Notes: generated by a model from the letters alone, not told the origin. A stretch of DNA of 57,741 nucleotides from an uncultured Candidatus Saccharibacteria bacterium (GCA_964625245.1 CAZVAN010000001.1:1-57741), one strand, 5' to 3'. Positions 19,691 through 26,955 are shown, counted from the stretch's first letter. Numbers and translations are program-made.

Positions 19691-19992
19691 AATAGCTCAT
19701 TAATCCTAATCTTATATTCATCATCTACACAAATCCCTTCGGCTTCTAAATCTCTCTTGTGCCCCTCAAAGCCCCCGGGGTAGCCCCTGGCCAGACCGCC
19801 ACTTTTATTGACCACTCTCTGCCAAGGTAAATCAGACGGACCAGTATGGGCAATCTGACCAACTTCCCAAGCCGCCCAAGCCGCTCCTGCCATAGCTGCG
19901 ACTTGGCCATAGGTCATTACTTTGCCTTTTGGTATCTGGGACACAATCTCGTAGACGCTATTCTTAAATTCCGAATCAACTCTGCTCATCAA
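19651..19992 (-). CDS. Alkyltransferase-like protein (MGMT DNA-binding fold lacking the acceptor Cys)
   Basis: 113-aa ORF ...VMTYGQVAAMAG...LPWQRVVN.... The canonical PCHRV site reads PWQRV (Cys to Trp), as in ATL proteins. It overlaps miaA by 40 nt. Confidence 0.7.
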   Translation of the reverse strand: MMSRVDSEFKNSVYEIVSQIPKGKVMTYGQVAAMAGAAWAAWEVGQIAHTGPSDLPWQRVVNKSGGLARGYPGGFEGHKRDLEAEGICVDDEYKIRINELLWHPPLKNQSSLL

Positions 19993-20617
19993 AATACTCC
20001 AAAACTTCTTGCCAATTCTTAGCTCTAGTCATATTTGGAAGAAGTTTGGTCTCGCGGTTCCAGCTATAATCACCAAATAAAACCGTTTTAATACCTACCT
20101 CTGCTGCAGCGATACAGTGTTTGGGTTGGTCATCTATAAGATAGTCTGCGCCTATTTGGCGTAGCACCTCTGTTTTGGTAGCTTGAATTCTTTCTTTAGT
20201 CACTTCATCCCAGATCTTTGCGTAATGTATTTCGCTAAACAGATCGCCAAAGTGATTATTAATCCAGGCTTTTGTGTCACTTTGAAAGCGTGTACGCCTT
20301 GCTGTAGCTATTACTAATTTGTAGGTTTGGGATAGCTCGGTAAGGACTTCCAGGGCGTCTTTATGGCTCTTTACCAGATGGTTGGAGTGCTCTATGTATT
20401 CAATAGCCAATCTGTCTGCCTCTTCTTCATTATCGATTTTCCATACCTTGGCCCAGTGTTCGTCGTAATCCTCTACTGTCAGCTTGGTGCCCCACTTTTT
20501 ATTCGTATAGCGAATAAACTCATCGGCTGAAAGACCCAAAACATCATCTATGTCAACGGCTATGGTGGGTTTATTTGCGGGTTTTGGCATCTTGTGATAG
20601 CTTTTCCAGGAATTCAT
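19976..20617 (-). CDS. HAD-superfamily hydrolase, 5'(3')-deoxyribonucleotidase-like
   Basis: 213-aa ORF with HAD motif I in IAVDIDDVLG and a late DD motif (YLIDDQPKH). It overlaps both neighbours. Confidence 0.6.
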   Translation of the reverse strand: MNSWKSYHKMPKPANKPTIAVDIDDVLGLSADEFIRYTNKKWGTKLTVEDYDEHWAKVWKIDNEEEADRLAIEYIEHSNHLVKSHKDALEVLTELSQTYKLVIATARRTRFQSDTKAWINNHFGDLFSEIHYAKIWDEVTKERIQATKTEVLRQIGADYLIDDQPKHCIAAAEVGIKTVLFGDYSWNRETKLLPNMTRAKNWQEVLEYFDEQS

Positions 20618-21818
20618 CCACCGTAAAAGATTCTTTTTCCAGCTTCAAGTCACTCCGAACTCGAGGCGACACCTGGCCGGATTCCACCTCTTTGCCACCA
20701 ACCACTACTGTATAAGGTACCTTCATAACCTCGGCCTCACGAATTTTCTTGCCAACCGATTCATTGGCATTATCCAGCTCTACTCTCAGACCTAACTCCT
20801 TGGCTTTATCCAGTATTTCCCAACATTTATGTATTACTCCCTTGTCGTCGTTCAAAGATATCACTCGCAGCTGTTCAGGCGCCAGCCAGACCGGGAAGTT
20901 GCCGCCAACATGTTCTATATAAACTGCTAAGAAGCGCTCGATTGACCCCATGATCGCGCAGTGGATCATCACTGGTCGCTCCGTTTTACCTTTTTCGTCA
21001 ATATAACCTAGATCAAGGCCTTCAGGTTGAGCGAAGTCGAGCTGAATTGTGGCCACTTGCCACTCCCGGCCAAGAGAGTCTTTTGCAATAAAATCGAGTT
21101 TAGGACCATAGAATGCCGCCTCGCCAGCTCCGTCGTCTCTGTGGTCTATGCTAGTTATCTTCTTGAGGACTTCACCTAATTGACTCTCGGCATAATCCCA
21201 TTGCTTGGCTTTGCCAGCGTAAGCATCAAGATTGCCCTGATCCCGCATAGATAAGCGAACAGATAGGGGCAGGTTCACAACATCGTAAAAGCGACTCACG
21301 ATATCCCAAATCTTTAGTACCTCACCCTGAATTTGGTCCTCACGGCAAAAAACATGGGCGTCATCCTGAGTGAAAGCTCTTGGCCTAAGGATGCCGTTGA
21401 GTTCTCCAGTTTGCTCATCCCTGTAGTCCATGGTTGTTTCTCTATAGCGTATGGGCAATTCTTTGTAGCTACGGGGGCGACTGGCGTAGATTTGAGTATG
21501 GTGGGGACAATTCATTGGTTTTAGAGCAAACTCGTGTTTCTCGCGACTTGTAATCTTAAAGAGTTCATCGCTGAATTTTTTCCAGTGTCCACTCCGTTCG
21601 TATAAGTCTCGTTTTGTGATATGTGGTGTGGTTATGGCTTGAAAACCATGCTCGTCTCGCATTTCCTGGACAAAACGATCAAGTTCATTACGTAGTACCG
21701 TGCCTCGAGGTGTCCACAGGGGCAGACCTGGGCCAACTAAATCTGAAAAGACAAATAGATCGAGCTCTCTACCAAGCTTCTTGTGGTCATTTTCTTCTAG
21801 CTTCTGTGGTTTATCCAT
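20571..21818 (-). CDS. thrS: Threonyl-tRNA synthetase, catalytic core plus anticodon-binding domain only
   Basis: 415-aa ORF that begins at the DHKKLGRELDLF motif, which normally follows the TGS/editing domains. Class II core and C-terminal anticodon-binding region are present. Confidence 0.9.
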   Translation of the reverse strand: MDKPQKLEENDHKKLGRELDLFVFSDLVGPGLPLWTPRGTVLRNELDRFVQEMRDEHGFQAITTPHITKRDLYERSGHWKKFSDELFKITSREKHEFALKPMNCPHHTQIYASRPRSYKELPIRYRETTMDYRDEQTGELNGILRPRAFTQDDAHVFCREDQIQGEVLKIWDIVSRFYDVVNLPLSVRLSMRDQGNLDAYAGKAKQWDYAESQLGEVLKKITSIDHRDDGAGEAAFYGPKLDFIAKDSLGREWQVATIQLDFAQPEGLDLGYIDEKGKTERPVMIHCAIMGSIERFLAVYIEHVGGNFPVWLAPEQLRVISLNDDKGVIHKCWEILDKAKELGLRVELDNANESVGKKIREAEVMKVPYTVVVGGKEVESGQVSPRVRSDLKLEKESFTVDEFLEKLSQDAKTRK

Positions 21819-21859
21819 CTTGATTTACATCATAACAGTTATGACGGGCGCTCAAAAGT

Positions 21860-21913
21860 CCCTAAAACTGAAAAACCGGCTTAAGCAGTCTCGCAACTTG
21901 CTCAAACCGGTTT
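21860..21913 (-). promoter_or_regulatory. Terminator-like hairpin inside the thrS 5' leader (possible attenuator)
   Basis: On the minus strand, a 14-bp stem AAACCGGTTTGAGC/GCTTAAGCCGGTTT (two G-U pairs) with a 13-nt loop is followed by TTTTTCAGTTTT. It ends ~40 nt upstream of the thrS start codon. Confidence 0.45.
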
Positions 21914-22081
21914 ATATAGCCGTTAACACATCGGCAAAACTCAACCTACGTAGGAGTATATATATACTAGCCGGAAAATGCTAGTACTTTTTTGGTCTCT
22001 TATCCACAGTTTTAGTTTTTGGATTTTTATATCATATATGAGTATTTATTAGATACCATATTTGAGATAGTATAATTAGTC

Positions 22082-22207
22082 TTGGTCTTAAGACTTTTCA
22101 AAATTCCGCAGTGCAGTATTTTGAAAAGTCTAGAGGGGCAACCTAGCCGAGGCTGCAAGTGATTTCTGAATAAGAAATTACGAAGGCCGACGCCTGGGTT
22201 GCGACGA
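22082..22207 (+). ncRNA. Structured leader/ncRNA element directly 5' of tRNA-Val (copy A of a two-copy motif)
   Basis: TATAAT at 22071-22076. A 14-bp hairpin AGACTTTTCAAAAT/ATTTTGAAAAGTCT carries the loop TCCGCAGTGCAGT. A long-range stem GCAACC/GGTTGC encloses hairpin TGATTTC/GAAATTA. It ends with GACGA abutting the tRNA. Homologous to 28852-28982. Confidence 0.5.
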
Positions 22208-22284
22208 GGGCACATAGCTCAGCTGGCTAGAGCGCCACATTGACGTTGTGGATGTCGGGGGTTCAAATCCCTCTGTGCCCACCA
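22208..22284 (+). tRNA. tRNA-Val (anticodon GAC), CCA encoded
   Basis: Acceptor GGGCACA/TGTGCCC, D arm GCTC-AGCTGGCTA-GAGC, anticodon arm CCACA-TTGACGT-TGTGG, T arm GGGGG-TTCAAAT-CCCTC, 3' ACCA. Confidence 0.92.
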
Positions 22285-22316
22285 TATAAAAAACCTACTT
22301 TGTAGGTTTTTTATAT
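22285..22316. terminator. Bidirectional intrinsic terminator (shared by tRNA-Val and tgt)
   Basis: Palindrome ATATAAAAAACCTAC-TTT-GTAGGTTTTTTATAT. Confidence 0.7.
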
Positions 22317-22322
22317 GGCAGC

Positions 22323-23432
22323 TCACCTTAACTGGTACTGTTCGCAGATTCTAGCCAAATAACGGAGGTTGTGGATGGAAGCCAATGTGCCAGCTAGGGG
22401 ATCTTCTACCTTAAAGAGGTGCCGCAGCAGAGCCCTGCTGTATTCGTTAGCGCAGGCATAGCAATCACAATTCTTATCCATGGGCGATTTATCGGCCGCG
22501 AAGATTAGGTTTTTCAAGTTTAACTTCTTATCATTCACCCAAACCGTGCCGTGACGGGCGTTGCGAGTTGGCATTACGCAATCCATCATGTCGATGCCAT
22601 TTTCGAGGGCATATTTAAAGTCTATAGGGTCACCGACACCCATCAGATAGCGCACTTTACTGGGGTCGTACAATGGCGCCAAAAACTTTAGCATGCTATG
22701 CATCTCCCGCCGGCTTTCGCCGACCGATAATCCACCGATTGCTACCCCGTCAACTGATCGAGACTGTACGAATTCTAGGCTCCTAGTCCGCAATTCCCTA
22801 TCAAGGCCCCCCTGGACGATGCCGAATAATAGAGGCCTCTTATCGCCTTTTAAATCCTTAGTCAGTTTCCTGAATTCGGTTATACAGCGGTCCAGCCAAC
22901 GATGGGTTCTCTCTACAGCTTCCTCTGTACGTTCACGAACTTTAGGCGATAAGCCGGTCAAATCATCGAAGGCCATGATAATGTCCGATCCCAGTTTAAA
23001 CTGGATTTGCATCGACTTTTCAGGAGTAATGAAGACTATGTCACCAGTTCTTGGATCTTTAAACTCCACACCTTCTTCATTAATCTTACGGACATGTGCT
23101 AAAGAGAAGACCTGGAAACCGCCCGAATCGGTCAAAATGGGGCCTTCCCATCTGTTAAAAGCGTGTAGGCCGCCCAGCTTTTTAATGAGTTTCTCGCCGG
23201 GTTGAAGATGTAGGTGGTAGGTATTAGACAACAGCACCTGAGCCCCGGTGGCGGCAATCATATCTGTTGGTACCCCTTTCACTACTCCACGGGTTGCTAC
23301 CGGCATAAAAAAGGGCGTTTTGACCTTCCCGGCTCTAGTGTTGAGAAAACCACTTCGGGAAAGTTTAACAGAAGGGCTAATCTGTTGAAAATGATTATCT
23401 TGCATCCCAGTTATTGTATCAGGCATTGACAC
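22323..23432 (-). CDS. tgt: Queuine tRNA-ribosyltransferase (tRNA-guanine transglycosylase)
   Basis: 369-aa ORF with TPFFMPVATRGVVKG, LLSNTYHLHLQPG, ILTDSGGFQVFSL and a C-terminal Zn-site CDCYAC. The start is either GTG at 23432 or ATG at 23426. Confidence 0.93.
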   Translation of the reverse strand: MSMPDTITGMQDNHFQQISPSVKLSRSGFLNTRAGKVKTPFFMPVATRGVVKGVPTDMIAATGAQVLLSNTYHLHLQPGEKLIKKLGGLHAFNRWEGPILTDSGGFQVFSLAHVRKINEEGVEFKDPRTGDIVFITPEKSMQIQFKLGSDIIMAFDDLTGLSPKVRERTEEAVERTHRWLDRCITEFRKLTKDLKGDKRPLLFGIVQGGLDRELRTRSLEFVQSRSVDGVAIGGLSVGESRREMHSMLKFLAPLYDPSKVRYLMGVGDPIDFKYALENGIDMMDCVMPTRNARHGTVWVNDKKLNLKNLIFAADKSPMDKNCDCYACANEYSRALLRHLFKVEDPLAGTLASIHNLRYLARICEQYQLR

Positions 23433-23454
23433 TAGGGGCCGTGGGTGATAACGT
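23426..23454 (+). promoter_or_regulatory. Candidate sigma-70-like promoter divergent from tgt
   Basis: TTGACA (23426-23431), 17 nt, TAACGT (23449-23454). It has the same ATTGACACT -35 context as the promoter at 11971. Confidence 0.35.
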
Positions 23455-23479
23455 TGTTCCGTTAATAGTGAGGTGAGAG

Positions 23480-23602
23480 TTGAGTACCAAGAAAATTGGT
23501 GACCCGCTTGATGCGTTCAAGCTGTTCTACGAAGAAATTACATCCGTAAAACCGAACCAAAACAGGTTACGACGGATGCGACCGCTGAAATCAACAGCAT
23601 AA
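23480..23602 (+). CDS. Candidate 40-aa small protein (or coding-looking part of an sRNA)
   Basis: TTG start 3-4 nt after GAGGTGAG. Translation: MSTKKIGDPLDAFKLFYEEITSVKPNQNRLRRMRPLKSTA. It is flanked by the candidate promoter and a strong terminator, and is below the ORF-track size cutoff. Confidence 0.3.
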   Translation: MSTKKIGDPLDAFKLFYEEITSVKPNQNRLRRMRPLKSTA

Positions 23603-23616
23603 CTACAGCCAAAGAC

Positions 23617-23647
23617 CCCGGTTTCATAAAAGAAATCGGGTTTTTTT
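23617..23647 (+). terminator. Intrinsic terminator
   Basis: 9-bp stem CCCGGTTTC/GAAATCGGG, loop ATAAAA, followed by TTTTTTT. Confidence 0.65.
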
Positions 23648-23739
23648 ATGGCTTTTAACAGAGGTGGTTTTGACTTTGTGCACTATATAAACTGACTTTT
23701 CCACTAGCGTTTTATATAGCGTTATGACAATATGTTGAC

Positions 23740-24150
23740 ATGGTATGTGTATATTGCAGGAGTGAGACCCAAGTAGTCAACAGTCGGCATCAGAGAAGGA
23801 GTAATCAGGTGTGGAGACGACGCAAATGTCTTTCCTGCCAAGCCGTTTTTACCACTTTGGAAGGTGTTAATCTAAGCACAACCCTCCGAGTTGAAAAAGA
23901 TGACAGCCTGAAACCTTTTTTAACCGATTTATTGTTTGTAGAGATACTATTCGCTCTGTCTGACCGTAAAAACGCTTATATCGACGCTAGAGAGGTCACA
24001 AACACTATAATCCAAACTCTTCTAGCATTACCCTCTGCACCGGTTTTTTTATCTACGGAAATAAGCCAAACGACAGCTACTGTGCTTAAACGTTTTGATG
24101 GGCGGGCCTGGCATCGTTACACAGCTGATCATCCTTCCCTAGTAACCTAA
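23740..24150 (+). CDS. nrdR: NrdR-like transcriptional repressor
   Basis: 136-aa ORF with the N-terminal zinc ribbon CVYC...17 aa...CLSC and the FTT(L/Y)E motif. The C-terminal ATP-cone region appears divergent. Confidence 0.75.
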   Translation: MVCVYCRSETQVVNSRHQRRSNQVWRRRKCLSCQAVFTTLEGVNLSTTLRVEKDDSLKPFLTDLLFVEILFALSDRKNAYIDAREVTNTIIQTLLALPSAPVFLSTEISQTTATVLKRFDGRAWHRYTADHPSLVT

Positions 24151-24151
24151 G

Positions 24152-25738
24152 TTATTTTTTAACGGCCTTCTCTGTGACATCGAACCTATCTAGGTACCAG
24201 CCAAACATCAACCGGGTCTGGGAAGTAATGGCCGCAAACGAACTATAGACAATAGTGGTAAAGGGTAAATAGACCCATTGCAGCATCATCCAGAGCGTTC
24301 GGCGACGCTTATAGCGCTCTGGTTTAGGTGGCAAGGATTTAACACTTAGAAAGAGTGTGACTAAAATACCAAACATGGCCACTTCTTGCAGCTTGCTAGC
24401 CACTTGAGGTAGTTGATTAGCCAGGTAACTTTGGGGATGTAGGAAGAATGGCACCAGGGCGGCTAGGAGAAGTATCAAAGGCGACGTAGCCCAACTGATG
24501 TGGCCCTCTAGCAATCGCAGGAATTTGGACCATATTTTATATCGAGGAATATTATTTGGCTTTATAAAACCTGTGTAAGCTACATAAGCTATATCGGAAG
24601 CTCCCCAGGCCCAACGCCGCAGTTGAATAAATTGAGCTTTTAGAGTACGTTTGTAGCCCTCGGCTAAAACCGCGTCCTGATAAATTGGTGCAAATATGGG
24701 GTAGACGTCGTGTTTGCCGTCGTATCGGAACCAAGTCCGCCAATATTGATGGCCATCTTCTACAATGGTCCGGACGCTCCAAAAATCAGTATCAATCAGG
24801 GCCGACATTGGTTGAGCGTGAGCCGAAAAATTCCGGAGAGTGTGCGGCCTAAGTGCTTGGACCACTTGCCAAAATGAATTACCGGTAGCGATGACTCTCA
24901 TAGGAGCCGGGGCGTCCCAGATGTTGTTAGTGTACATAGTAATCGGCTGGTAAGACGCATATTTTGGCTCTTCGGTAGAGCAGAATGTGTAGGTTAGCGC
25001 CGCTAGGTATTGTTTGTCTGGGCGATTATCAGAATCCAGGGTGGTTACCAGTACGCGTGACGGGTCAATCTTTTCATGCTCCAAGTACTTCTGCAGTTCG
25101 CGGCCAGCATACGAAACATTACCGCCTTTGCCACGTACTTCTCCAGGAGTTAACGGATGCTTTATAGCTAATGACGCCATGAAATCTTTGCCGTACTTCT
25201 TAACTAGGTCCTTAGCCGCCGTTTCCGACTGAGCTCCGTCCCTACCCTCATAGGCTAAAATCACGATGATTTTTTTCATGTCGTAATTACTGGCTAAGAC
25301 TGACTGGAGGGTTGGCTCCAAAACATCCTTAGATTCGTTATAGGCGGCAATGATAATGGCGTGAATAACCTCGCTGGGTTTAATTCGGTTATGCGCCATG
25401 TTTCGTTTAACCCTGGCCACATTGCGAGCGTGCCAGCGCGGAGCCCCGGCTGTCTTAGCCACTAGGTCCTCCAAGTCCTGATTCAGTTTTTCCCAGGCTA
25501 AGCTGCGATGTTCGTTCATACTCCTGTGGCCCTGGAGCATTCGCAGGTCTAGAGCTAAGGCTCTTATGAACCACATCAACAAATAGGCAACTATGAAATA
25601 GGCGGCCAACTTAGGGCTGATAAGACTCAGGACGACCGGTAGGGAAAGAATTGTCCAGGTTAGGGCGCCAGGCAAAATTTCAAAAAGTCTATACCGCCAG
25701 TCCCTGTCTTCGGGCTGTGGAATTTCTATAGAGCGCAT
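24152..25738 (-). CDS. Family-2 processive beta-glycosyltransferase (cellulose/chitin/hyaluronan-synthase-like), polytopic membrane protein
   Basis: The ORF track lists 24152-25801. Met-22 (MRSIEIP, 25738) is the likely start because it avoids overlap with the upstream gene. Motifs: AAYNES, TLDSDN and Q-x-x-R-W (IQLRRWAWG). Confidence 0.8.
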   Translation of the reverse strand: MRSIEIPQPEDRDWRYRLFEILPGALTWTILSLPVVLSLISPKLAAYFIVAYLLMWFIRALALDLRMLQGHRSMNEHRSLAWEKLNQDLEDLVAKTAGAPRWHARNVARVKRNMAHNRIKPSEVIHAIIIAAYNESKDVLEPTLQSVLASNYDMKKIIVILAYEGRDGAQSETAAKDLVKKYGKDFMASLAIKHPLTPGEVRGKGGNVSYAGRELQKYLEHEKIDPSRVLVTTLDSDNRPDKQYLAALTYTFCSTEEPKYASYQPITMYTNNIWDAPAPMRVIATGNSFWQVVQALRPHTLRNFSAHAQPMSALIDTDFWSVRTIVEDGHQYWRTWFRYDGKHDVYPIFAPIYQDAVLAEGYKRTLKAQFIQLRRWAWGASDIAYVAYTGFIKPNNIPRYKIWSKFLRLLEGHISWATSPLILLLAALVPFFLHPQSYLANQLPQVASKLQEVAMFGILVTLFLSVKSLPPKPERYKRRRTLWMMLQWVYLPFTTIVYSSFAAITSQTRLMFGWYLDRFDVTEKAVKK

Positions 25739-25742
25739 AAAT

Positions 25743-26099
25743 TTATTGTAATGAAATAAGAGCGTTAGAGACAATGATGGAGACAACCAGCAGAAAAACA
25801 CCAGCTGATAGCATGAATACTGATAGCGATCTTCTAACTACATAGGTCCGGCTGCTCAGCAGTACGGCACTGGCTCCAGTCAGCAACATAAAGACTGCCA
25901 AGCTATATATATCTATAGGTTTGCCGCTTTGGTACTGGGAACCGGTTATGTTGGGTCTGTAAGCCACGGTAGTGGTTGGGTTTCGGGAGGAGTCAAACCT
26001 AATAAGAACCAGACTGACTCCAACTACTACTAAAATTGCCAGCAGGGTTATGAGTAGTAACACAGCGCGGTCATGCAAAAATTTCTTCGGAACATCCAT
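25743..26099 (-). CDS. Small membrane protein upstream of the GT2 synthase
   Basis: 118-aa ORF with three or four predicted TM helices. Its stop is 4 nt from the GT2 start. Confidence 0.5.
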   Translation of the reverse strand: MDVPKKFLHDRAVLLLITLLAILVVVGVSLVLIRFDSSRNPTTTVAYRPNITGSQYQSGKPIDIYSLAVFMLLTGASAVLLSSRTYVVRRSLSVFMLSAGVFLLVVSIIVSNALISLQ

Positions 26100-26141
26100 A
26101 TTCTTTGTTCTATTGTACGAAAGCTTATTGGATTTAGCGAG

Positions 26142-26215
26142 TGGTGCGAGTGACGGGAATTGAACCCGTATCTCTAGCTTGGGAAGCTAGCATACTACCA
26201 CTGTACTACACTCGC
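26142..26215 (-). tRNA. tRNA-Gly (anticodon CCC), CCA encoded
   Basis: The reverse complement folds as GCGAGTG...CTAGC-TTCCCAA-GCTAG...ACGGG-TTCAATT-CCCGT-CACTCGC-ACCA. Confidence 0.88.
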
Positions 26216-26291
26216 TGGAGCCGTCGACCGGGATCGAACCGGTGACCTACGCTTTACGAAAGCGCCGCTCTACCAACTGAGCTACGACGGC
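26216..26291 (-). tRNA. tRNA-Thr (anticodon CGT), CCA encoded
   Basis: Reverse complement: GCCGTCG-TA-GCTC-AGTTGGTA-GAGC-G-GCGCT-TTCGTAA-AGCGT-AGGTC-ACCGG-TTCGATC-CCGGT-CGACGGC-TCCA. Its CCA end directly abuts tRNA-Gly. Confidence 0.9.
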
Positions 26292-26318
26292 ATTAACAGA
26301 TAGAAGTATAGCAAAATT

Positions 26319-26346
26319 TAAAAAACCTCTTTCAAAGAGGTTTTTA
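26319..26346. terminator. Bidirectional intrinsic terminator
   Basis: AAAAAACCTCT-TTCAA-AGAGGTTTTT. Confidence 0.6.
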
Positions 26347-26404
26347 CTGGCGGACCTTAGTGGAGGGAGTCTGGAACTATTTTATTGAGCCCGTGGGTGA
26401 TAAT

Positions 26405-26857
26405 TTATGATTCGATCGTACGATCGACAATATTATTCAAGGCTTTAATTATTTTCCCTGGTTCAGGTTCTTGATACGGTCTATCAATGGGTTTTCCGTC
26501 AATGCTTTTAACCACGTAGAGTGGGCTTAGCCGGTTGGTTCTGCCACGATCAGCAGGGGCTGTACCATCCTCGACTTCAACTATAACATCTTTTCCAGAA
26601 GCCTTTAGTTCGGCGTTAGTAGCAAGCTCTAAACTGGAAAGATCCGTCCTGTAGAGCCCACCGATAGCAGGTATTCTCCGAAGACTTGGGTAGCCGGCGT
26701 GATATCCTCTTTCGGCCCACTTAACAACATAGGGGGCTACGCGGGTAGCTTGCTTGGCAGTTCTATGGGCCTCTTCTAGAGCAAGGCTATGGGCTTCTGC
26801 TCTTCGAGCGTCATCCAAACCTTTGTATTCTAGTTGTGCCGGGGCTACGTTTTTCAT
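26405..26857 (-). CDS. Hypothetical protein
   Basis: 150-aa ORF with no recognisable family. A strong promoter lies immediately upstream. Confidence 0.5.
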   Translation of the reverse strand: MKNVAPAQLEYKGLDDARRAEAHSLALEEAHRTAKQATRVAPYVVKWAERGYHAGYPSLRRIPAIGGLYRTDLSSLELATNAELKASGKDVIVEVEDGTAPADRGRTNRLSPLYVVKSIDGKPIDRPYQEPEPGKIIKALNNIVDRTIES

Positions 26858-26864
26858 CGTGCTT

Positions 26865-26893
26865 ATTTTAGCATAAGCCTGTTAATTTGTCAA
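26865..26893 (-). promoter_or_regulatory. Sigma-70-like promoter, apparently giving a leaderless mRNA
   Basis: On the minus strand: TTGACA, 17 nt (ending TGC), TAAAAT, then only 7 nt (AAGCACG) before the ATG at 26857. No Shine-Dalgarno sequence. Confidence 0.5.
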
Positions 26894-26955
26894 TGTAGTT
26901 AAGCCGTTTTGCGCGGAGCTGCGCAAATTTAGCGGGGTTGATATTAGATGCAACG

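Noticed and set aside
22000-22008. Perfect DnaA-box consensus TTATCCACA near thrS and tRNA-Val.
   Set aside because: It is a single isolated 9-mer, roughly expected by chance in this amount of sequence. There is no cluster of boxes, no adjacent AT-rich unwinding element and no dnaA or dnaN nearby, so it gives no support for an origin.
22162-22180. Hammerhead-like CTGA...GAAA string in the tRNA-Val leader element.
   Set aside because: The string does not fit the CUGANGA/GAAA core spacing, and the homologous hairpin in copy B (28934-28955) lacks it. It is more simply a variable stem-loop.
23439-23451. The 13-mer CCGTGGGTGATAA is repeated at 26391-26403.
   Set aside because: A rough estimate (pairs of positions on both strands divided by 4^13) predicts tens of chance 13-mer repeats in a 57.7-kb window. 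The flanks show no further similarity.
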